Shown here: positions 57,676 through 64,000 of the stretch, piece after piece
Layout: every line of letters begins with the position of its first letter
Position numbering within the stretch: position 1 is the first letter of the stretch
Source: Thermoanaerobaculia bacterium
GTDB taxonomy: Bacteria > Acidobacteriota > Thermoanaerobaculia > Multivoradales > Multivoraceae
Reading direction: 5' to 3'
Assembly: GCA_963664405.1 (NCBI GenBank)
Contig: OY761158.1
Coordinates: 1,984,001 to 2,048,000 of the forward strand
Length of the DNA: 64,000 nucleotides
Position numbers and translations under genes: made by a program
Notes under the pieces: generated by a model
Seen by the model: only the letters and a program-made list of their open reading frames with translations
What the model was told of the DNA's origin: nothing
Databases searched by the model: none

Positions 57676-59601
57676 ATGAGATGTATGGCGACATTGGTGG
57701 TAGGAGTATTTCTGCTCGGCGGCTGCGGCGCGGGCGACGAACCGGCAGTCGAAGCACCGGCAGCAGGATCCGCCTCGGAATCGGCGATGGCGCCACCCAA
57801 TCCGAATCGCAACGCCTACTTCGGCGATATTCACGTCCACACCAAGAACTCCTTCGACGCCTTCGCCTTCGGCACTACCGAAGACGCCAATGCCGCCTAT
57901 GAGTTCGCCAAGGGTGCAGGAATCATGCATCCGGCCGGCTTCGAGATGAAGCTCGACCGGCCACTCGACTTCCAGATGGTGGCCGATCACGGCATGTATC
58001 TCGGCATGCTGCCGGCGATGACCGATCCCGACTCTCCGGCTTACAATCACCCCGAAGCCGAAGATATTCGCAAGGGCGGAGGAGCCGAGGCACGGCGGGC
58101 GAACTTCCTCGGAATGTTCCCCTACCTGGCCGGAGAGCCGGGAACCGAAGAGCATCTCAATATGGATGTCGTGCGCGGCGCATGGCAGGAGAACATCGCG
58201 GCTGCCGAGCGGCATAACGATCCCGGCAAGTTCACGGCCTTGATCGGCTACGAATACACTTCTGCGGGCGGAGAGCGGGACAATCTGCATCGCAACGTGG
58301 TCTTTCGCGGCTCCGCCGCTCCGCCGGCACCGTTCACCCGCCTCGACTCCCACAACCCCGAAGATCTATGGGCCACCATGGACCAGTGGCGGGCCCAGGG
58401 CATCGACGCGCTGGCCGTCCCGCACAACTCGAACGGCTCCGGTGGTCGCATGTTCGAGCGCGAGTACTTCGACGGTGGCGCCATCGACACTGCCTACGCC
58501 GAGTTGCGGATGCGCAATGAGCCAGTCGTCGAGACGACACAGGTCAAGGGCACCTCCGAGGCACACCCGGGGCTCTCGCCCAATGACGAGTTCGCCGATT
58601 TCGAGATCATGCCCTACAAGATCGCCACCACGATCATCAGTCAGCCGGAAGGCAGCTACGTGCGCGACGCTTATCGCCGCGGTCTCGAGATCGAGGACGG
58701 CGGGGTCACAAACCCTTACAAATTCGGTCTCATCGGTTCGAGCGATACCCACGTCTCCGCCGGCTCTTTCGACGAAGAGAACTACTGGTCGAAAGTCGCC
58801 CTCCTCGACTCGACACCGGAGAACCGCGGGTCGGTACCAGGCACAGGGGTGAACGCCACATCCGGCGATCCCTCGGAGCAGTCGGACTCCTCCATGCGAA
58901 CCGATGACGGCTCCGGCCGCACCTACCGCGACACCTATTACTACACCTGGGGCGCGTCGGGGCTCGCCGGCGTCTGGGCCGAGGAGAACACGCGTGAAGC
59001 GATCTTCCAGGCCTTCCGGCGCAAGGAGACTTTCGCCACTTCCGGGCCGCGCATTCGGGTACGTTTCTTCGCTGGACAGGGACTCACGACTGAGAGTCTG
59101 GAGGACTCGGACTTCCTCACCAAGGCCTACGCGGGAGGCGTGCCGATGGGTGGGGATCTCTCCGCTTCGGACGTGGGCTCCGCCCCCACCTTCGCCACCT
59201 GGGCGCTGCGTGATCCCCTCGCTGCCCCGCTCGACCGGGTGCAGATCGTCAAAGGTTGGTCGGACAACGGCAAGAGCGACGAGCGGGTCTACGACGTAGC
59301 GTGCTCGGACGGCGCCAGCGTCGACCCCGCCACCCACCGCTGCCCAGACAACGGCGCCAGCGTCGACCTCAGTAACTGCCAGGTCAGCGCGGACTCGGGC
59401 GCGGACGAGCTCAAGGCGGTGTGGACCGACCCGGATTTCGCTGCGAGTCAGCGCGCCTTCTACTACGTACGGGTGCTCGAGAACCCGACCTGCCGCTGGT
59501 CGACCTGGGATGCGATCCGCGAAGGCGTCGAGCCGCGACAGGATGTGTCGGCAGCCATCAAGGAGCGCGCCTGGTCGTCACCGATCTGGTACACCCCGTA
59601 G
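57676..59601 (+). CDS. DUF3604 lipoprotein, tandem copy 1
   Basis: Lipobox LGGC; NAYFGDIHVHT...ERAWSSPIW. Confidence 0.92.
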   Translation: MRCMATLVVGVFLLGGCGAGDEPAVEAPAAGSASESAMAPPNPNRNAYFGDIHVHTKNSFDAFAFGTTEDANAAYEFAKGAGIMHPAGFEMKLDRPLDFQMVADHGMYLGMLPAMTDPDSPAYNHPEAEDIRKGGGAEARRANFLGMFPYLAGEPGTEEHLNMDVVRGAWQENIAAAERHNDPGKFTALIGYEYTSAGGERDNLHRNVVFRGSAAPPAPFTRLDSHNPEDLWATMDQWRAQGIDALAVPHNSNGSGGRMFEREYFDGGAIDTAYAELRMRNEPVVETTQVKGTSEAHPGLSPNDEFADFEIMPYKIATTIISQPEGSYVRDAYRRGLEIEDGGVTNPYKFGLIGSSDTHVSAGSFDEENYWSKVALLDSTPENRGSVPGTGVNATSGDPSEQSDSSMRTDDGSGRTYRDTYYYTWGASGLAGVWAEENTREAIFQAFRRKETFATSGPRIRVRFFAGQGLTTESLEDSDFLTKAYAGGVPMGGDLSASDVGSAPTFATWALRDPLAAPLDRVQIVKGWSDNGKSDERVYDVACSDGASVDPATHRCPDNGASVDLSNCQVSADSGADELKAVWTDPDFAASQRAFYYVRVLENPTCRWSTWDAIREGVEPRQDVSAAIKERAWSSPIWYTP

Positions 59602-59671
59602 CATCGCGGTCGTTAACGGGCGGTCCCGTTTGCTGGTAGATTGCGGCCCTACCAAGCTTGGAGGCCGAAGA

Positions 59672-61597
59672 ATGAGATGCACAATGACATTGGTGCTAGG
59701 AGCACTTCTGTTCGCTGGCTGCGGCGCGGGGGACGGACCGACAGCGGAAGCTCCCGCACCGGGATCCGGTTCGGAATCGACGATGCCGCCACCCAATCCG
59801 AACCGCAACGCCTACTTCGGCGATATCCACGTCCACACCAAGAACTCCTTCGACGCCTTCGCCTTCGGCACTACCACCGACGCGAACGCCGCCTATGAGT
59901 TCGCCAAAGGCACAGCCATCCAGCATCCCGGTGGATTCGAGATGAAGCTCGACCGGCCACTCGACTTCCAGATGGTGGCCGATCACGGCATGTATCTCGG
60001 CATGATGCCGGCAATGACCGATCCCGACTCGCCGGCCTACCATCACCCCGAAGCCGAAGCGGTTCGCAGGGGCGGAGACGCGGAGCAACGGCGGGCGAAC
60101 TTCCTCGGCATGTTCCCCTACCTCATGGGAGAACCGGGAACCGAGGAGCATCTCAACATGGATATCGTCCGCGGCGCCTGGCAGGAGGACATCGAGGCTG
60201 CCGAGCGGCACAACGATCCGGGCACGTTCACCGCTCTGATCGGCTATGAATACACTTCAACGGGCGGGGACGTGGACAATCTGCATCGCAACGTGATCTT
60301 TCGAGGCTCCGCTGCTCCGCCGGCACCCTTCACCCAGCTCGACTCCTATAACCCCGAAGATCTCTGGGCAACCATGGATCAGTGGCGGGCCCAGGGCATC
60401 GACTCGCTCGCGGTCCCCCACAACTCGAACGGCTCCGGCGGTCGGATGTTCGAGCGCGAGTATTTTGACGGTAGCGCCATCGACATTGCCTATGCCGAGC
60501 TGCGGATGCGCAATGAGCCGGTCGTCGAGGCCACACAGGTCAAGGGGACCTCCGAGACCCATCCGGCACTCTCGCCCAATGACGAGTGGGCCGATTTCGA
60601 GATCATGCCCTACAAGATCGCGACCACGATCATCAGTCAGCCCGAGGGCAGCTACGTGCGCGACGCCTATCGCCGCGGTCTCGAGATCGAGGACGGCGGT
60701 GTCACAAACCCCTATAAGTTCGGTCTCATCGGTTCGAGTGATACCCACGTCTCCGGCGGCGCTTTCAGCGAAGACAACTATTGGTCGAAGGCCGGTCTCC
60801 TCGACTCGACACCGCAGAGGCGCGGCTCGGTGCCGGGAACCGGGGTCACTGCGACAGCACAAGATGCATCGCTGCAATCCGACTCTTCGATGCGTACCAG
60901 TGACGGCTCCGGTCGCACCTACCGCGACACCTACTACTACACCTGGGGCGCGTCGGGGCTCGCCGGCGTGTGGGCCGAGGAGAATACGCGCGAGGCGATC
61001 TTCCAGGCCTTCCGGCGCAAGGAGACTTTCGCCACTTCGGGACCGCGCATTCGGGTACGTTTCTTCGCTGGACAGGGACTCACGAGTGAGAGTCTGGAGG
61101 ACTCGGACTTCCTCACCAAGGCCTATGCGGGAGGCGTGCCGATGGGCGGAGATCTCTCCGCCTCGGACGTGGGCTCGGCGCCCACCTTCGCCACCTGGGC
61201 TCTGCGAGATCCCCTCGCTGCAGCGCTCGACCGGGTGCAGATCGTCAAAGGTTGGTCGGACAACGGCAAGAGCGACGAGCGGGTCTACGACGTAGCGTGC
61301 TCGGACGGCGCCAGCGTCGACCCCGCCACCCACCGCTGCCCGGACAACGGCGCCAGCGTCGACCTCAGTAACTGCCAGGTCAGCGCGGACTCGGGCGCGG
61401 ACGAGCTCAAGGCGGTGTGGACCGACCCGGATTTCGATGCGAGTCAGCGCGCCTTCTACTATGTGCGGGTGCTCGAGAACCCGACCTGCCGCTGGTCAAC
61501 CTGGGATGCGATCCGCGAAGGCGTCGAGCCGCGACAGGATGTGTCGGCAGCCATCAAGGAGCGCGCCTGGTCCTCGCCCATCTGGTTCACACCCTGA
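59672..61597 (+). CDS. DUF3604 lipoprotein, tandem copy 2
   Basis: Lipobox FAGC; same length as copy 1, offset 1996 bp; start MRCT at 59672. Confidence 0.92.
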   Translation: MRCTMTLVLGALLFAGCGAGDGPTAEAPAPGSGSESTMPPPNPNRNAYFGDIHVHTKNSFDAFAFGTTTDANAAYEFAKGTAIQHPGGFEMKLDRPLDFQMVADHGMYLGMMPAMTDPDSPAYHHPEAEAVRRGGDAEQRRANFLGMFPYLMGEPGTEEHLNMDIVRGAWQEDIEAAERHNDPGTFTALIGYEYTSTGGDVDNLHRNVIFRGSAAPPAPFTQLDSYNPEDLWATMDQWRAQGIDSLAVPHNSNGSGGRMFEREYFDGSAIDIAYAELRMRNEPVVEATQVKGTSETHPALSPNDEWADFEIMPYKIATTIISQPEGSYVRDAYRRGLEIEDGGVTNPYKFGLIGSSDTHVSGGAFSEDNYWSKAGLLDSTPQRRGSVPGTGVTATAQDASLQSDSSMRTSDGSGRTYRDTYYYTWGASGLAGVWAEENTREAIFQAFRRKETFATSGPRIRVRFFAGQGLTSESLEDSDFLTKAYAGGVPMGGDLSASDVGSAPTFATWALRDPLAAALDRVQIVKGWSDNGKSDERVYDVACSDGASVDPATHRCPDNGASVDLSNCQVSADSGADELKAVWTDPDFDASQRAFYYVRVLENPTCRWSTWDAIREGVEPRQDVSAAIKERAWSSPIWFTP

Positions 61598-61884
61598 TAC
61601 CGGGTCGCAGGCTCTCTTCCTGCGCCGACACGACAGTGGACAGTGCTACGGAGACTGGTCACCAGGAGTGACCTCCTGAAGTGGACGAGAGTGGCGCGAT
61701 TCACCATGGTCGATCTCCTTGCAAAGCCCTCGGCTGGTCGTCTGCGGAAATAACCAGTCCATAAGGTGCTCTTGATAGGGAGGGTTGCAGGCCGTCCTCA
61801 TCCCAGAAAGTGACGCCGGTCACACCCAGACAGCGAGGTCGGAACGCCTGGCGGTGACGGGCGAAGATATAGTTCCTATTCGCG

Positions 61885-62660
61885 ATGACTTGGCTGCCGG
61901 ATAGATTCGCCAGAACGGCCCTCGGGCTGTGTCTCGCCTGTCTCCCGGCTGGTGACGCGACCGCGCAGGAGCGGGCCGCCGAGCCGGAAGTCTTCGCGGA
62001 AACCATCGACGTCAGAGTCGTGAACGTCGATGTGGTGGTAACCGACAAGAACGGGAACCCGGTGAGCGGGCTTACAGTGGACGACTTCGAGCTGCGAGAA
62101 GACGGACGCCCGGTCACGATCGGCAACTTCTACGAGTATGTCGAGGGTCTCGAGGTCACCGAGTCCCAGCCCGACCCCACTCGGGAACAACAACCCCAAA
62201 AGTCGCCAAGAGGCGAGCCGGGCGCGGCGCCGAGCGAGGTTCCGTCAGATCAACGACTCAGCCTGATGGTCTACATCGACCAGTTCAACTTGACCCCGCA
62301 AGGTCGTAGCGCAGTCCTGCCCATTCTGCGAGACTTTCTGACCACGAAGCTCCGCCCCGGGGATCAGGTGATGCTGGCTACCTACGCCAACCGGTCCGCC
62401 GGTGGAGGTCGTCCGACCGTTCACTACCGACACCGCCGCGATCGCCGAGGCCACACTCGAGTTGGCGGAAGAGGTGACTGGGCGTACGAGGACCATGTCG
62501 GAACGGAGCAGAATCCTCCGCGAGCTCAACCGAACCGAGATCACCTACGACGAAGCCATCAGCCAGGTGATGGACTATGCCGACGGAGTCACCAGCGATC
62601 TCTACGCCTCGCTCGAAGGGATTCGCGAGGCGGTCACGATGATGGCACGGAGCCGAGGAT
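61885..62660 (+). pseudogene. Acidobacterial VWFA-domain protein, frameshifted and truncated
   Basis: FAETIDVRVVNVDVVVTDKNGNPVSGLTVDDFELREDG N-terminus; frameshift near 62400 (continues VEVVRPFTTD); similarity lost after about 62655. Confidence 0.75.
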
Positions 62661-62708
62661 TATCTGGACATCGCCACTACCCACTACCGAGACTCGGAGC
62701 TGGACACC

Positions 62709-63125
62709 ATGGAGGCGGCGGTTCGCACGGCGTTGGCGCTGACGGACGACATCCGACTCCAAGCTCGTGCCTACGGGCTCCTGGGAGTCGCACTCGTCGA
62801 CAAGCCGGAGAGGACTGCGGAGGATCTGGACGAGGCAGAGCAAGCCTTCAGGCAAGTTATCGCTCTCGTTGGAGACGAGTCCCCCTCGCCGGCTCACTAC
62901 AGCCTTGCGAAAGTGCTCCAAGAGTCGGGTGAGGTTGCGGAGGCGGCGGCGCTCGCCAAAGTCATTTTCGAGGAGTCTCCAGAGGGGCCGCTCGAGCGCC
63001 CCAGCTACGAACAACGACCCCTGGGAGGAGATGGTAACGTCCGTCACCCTAAGACGACCTTCACCGCCAAGGAGCCACCATGCTCGATCGCTTCAAAGTT
63101 CCCGATGACATCGCCATCCGCGTGA
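62709..63125 (+). pseudogene. TPR-like fragment
   Basis: ARAYGLLGVAL...AEQAFRQVIAL...AHYSLAKVLQESGEVAEA helical repeats; no clear start; overlaps the next gene. Confidence 0.5.
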
Positions 63126-64000
63126 CCGCGGACGACATGCGCGCGACGGTCGAGAACCTCTTCAGGGCGCTCGGCATGCCGGAAGAGGACGCTGTTCAGG
63201 CAGCAGACGTCCTGATCTACGCCGACGTGAGGGGTATCGACTCGCACGGGGTCAGCAACATGACTCGCGCCTATGTGAAGGGCTTCGAGGGTGGCTACCT
63301 CAACCCGACGCCGAAGCGCACCATCACTCGGGACTCGGGCGCCACTTTCACGGTCGATTGCGACAAGGGTCTCGGCCTGGCGGTGGGGCCGCCGGTGATG
63401 GATCTGGCGATCGAGCGAGCCAAACAACACGGAGTAGGCGTTGCCGTCGCCGTCAATGCCGGCCACTACGGGCCTTCCGCATACCACGCCCACAGAGCGC
63501 TCGACCACGACATGATCGGCCTCTCCATGACCACCGGGGGCGTGCAGGTGGTGCCGACTCACGGCGCCGAGCCACTGTTGGGGCTCAACCCTCTCGGTAT
63601 CGCGGTGCCGGCCAATCAAGAGGTGCCCTTCCTTTTCGACGCCGCCATGAGCGGCGTTGCCGGCAACAAAATCCGTTTACTCGAGCGTGTGGGAGGTGAC
63701 GTTCTCCCCGGCTGGGTGAGCGAAGCGGACGGGTCACCGGTAATGGAGGAAGGCCCGGTCCCCGAGGACTTCATGATGCTGCCACTGGGCGGCACTCGAG
63801 AGATCGGCTCGCACAAGGGCTTCGGCCTGATGATGATGGTCGAGATCCTTACCTCCTTGCTCGGCGGCACCGGCGGCGGACCCTTCCGACGCGCCGGCTC
63901 AGCCCACTACTTCATGGCCTACAACGTCGAAGCCTTCACCGACCTCGAGAGCTTCAAGGCCGACATGGACGAGTATCTGAAGCGGCTGCGCGAATGCCGA
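63080..64000 (+). CDS. Ldh_2-family oxidoreductase (malate/L-lactate/sulfolactate dehydrogenase-like), 3' truncated by window edge
   Basis: Not in the ORF track; AAGGAG then ATG 63080: MLDRFKVP...ADVRGIDSHG...GHYG...GLNPL...PLGG...SHKGFGL, open to the end. Confidence 0.92.
   Translation, partial: MLDRFKVPDDIAIRVTADDMRATVENLFRALGMPEEDAVQAADVLIYADVRGIDSHGVSNMTRAYVKGFEGGYLNPTPKRTITRDSGATFTVDCDKGLGLAVGPPVMDLAIERAKQHGVGVAVAVNAGHYGPSAYHAHRALDHDMIGLSMTTGGVQVVPTHGAEPLLGLNPLGIAVPANQEVPFLFDAAMSGVAGNKIRLLERVGGDVLPGWVSEADGSPVMEEGPVPEDFMMLPLGGTREIGSHKGFGLMMMVEILTSLLGGTGGGPFRRAGSAHYFMAYNVEAFTDLESFKADMDEYLKRLRECR

Noticed and set aside
63044-63870. Minus-strand ORFs 63044..63619 and 63616..63870
   Set aside because: Shadows of the plus-strand Ldh_2 gene, which the ORF track missed because it runs off the window
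1-64000. tRNA (including tRNA-Sec), rRNA or sel genes
   Set aside because: None recognised in this window, so the Sec calls depend on machinery encoded elsewhere

Overview
GC-rich bacterial chromosomal window. The gene content (TIGR02999-type ECF sigma, Ser/Thr kinase with TolB-like propeller, acidobacterial VWFA protein, DUF6152, many PQQ dehydrogenases and DUF3604 proteins) suggests Acidobacteriota; this is inference. It is mostly accessory catabolic, redox and transport genes: 3 acyl-CoA dehydrogenases plus an ACAD-fold flavin monooxygenase, 3 PQQ dehydrogenases, 4 DUF3604 proteins, 2 sulfatases flanking a ComDE-like decarboxylase, and 2 RND efflux operons. No rRNA, tRNA or CRISPR array was seen. 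Three things are hidden by the ORF track. (1) Two UGA-interrupted genes in one divergent, probably TetR-controlled cluster look like selenoproteins: an AhpD-like CFYU protein and a secreted deiodinase-like CLTUPPF protein. Each has a 7-bp SECIS-like hairpin starting exactly 18 nt after the UGA. (2) A family of CTAG-bounded palindromic elements is present (3 copies plus 1 divergent relative with a covarying core); one copy is inserted in frame into a sulfatase signal peptide, as Rickettsia RPEs do. (3) An HUH Y1 (RAYT-like) transposase is flanked by an 18-bp repeat that also occurs twice inside the disrupted 5' end of a DUF3604 gene 5 kb away. Some frameshifts sit in homopolymers and may be sequencing errors.
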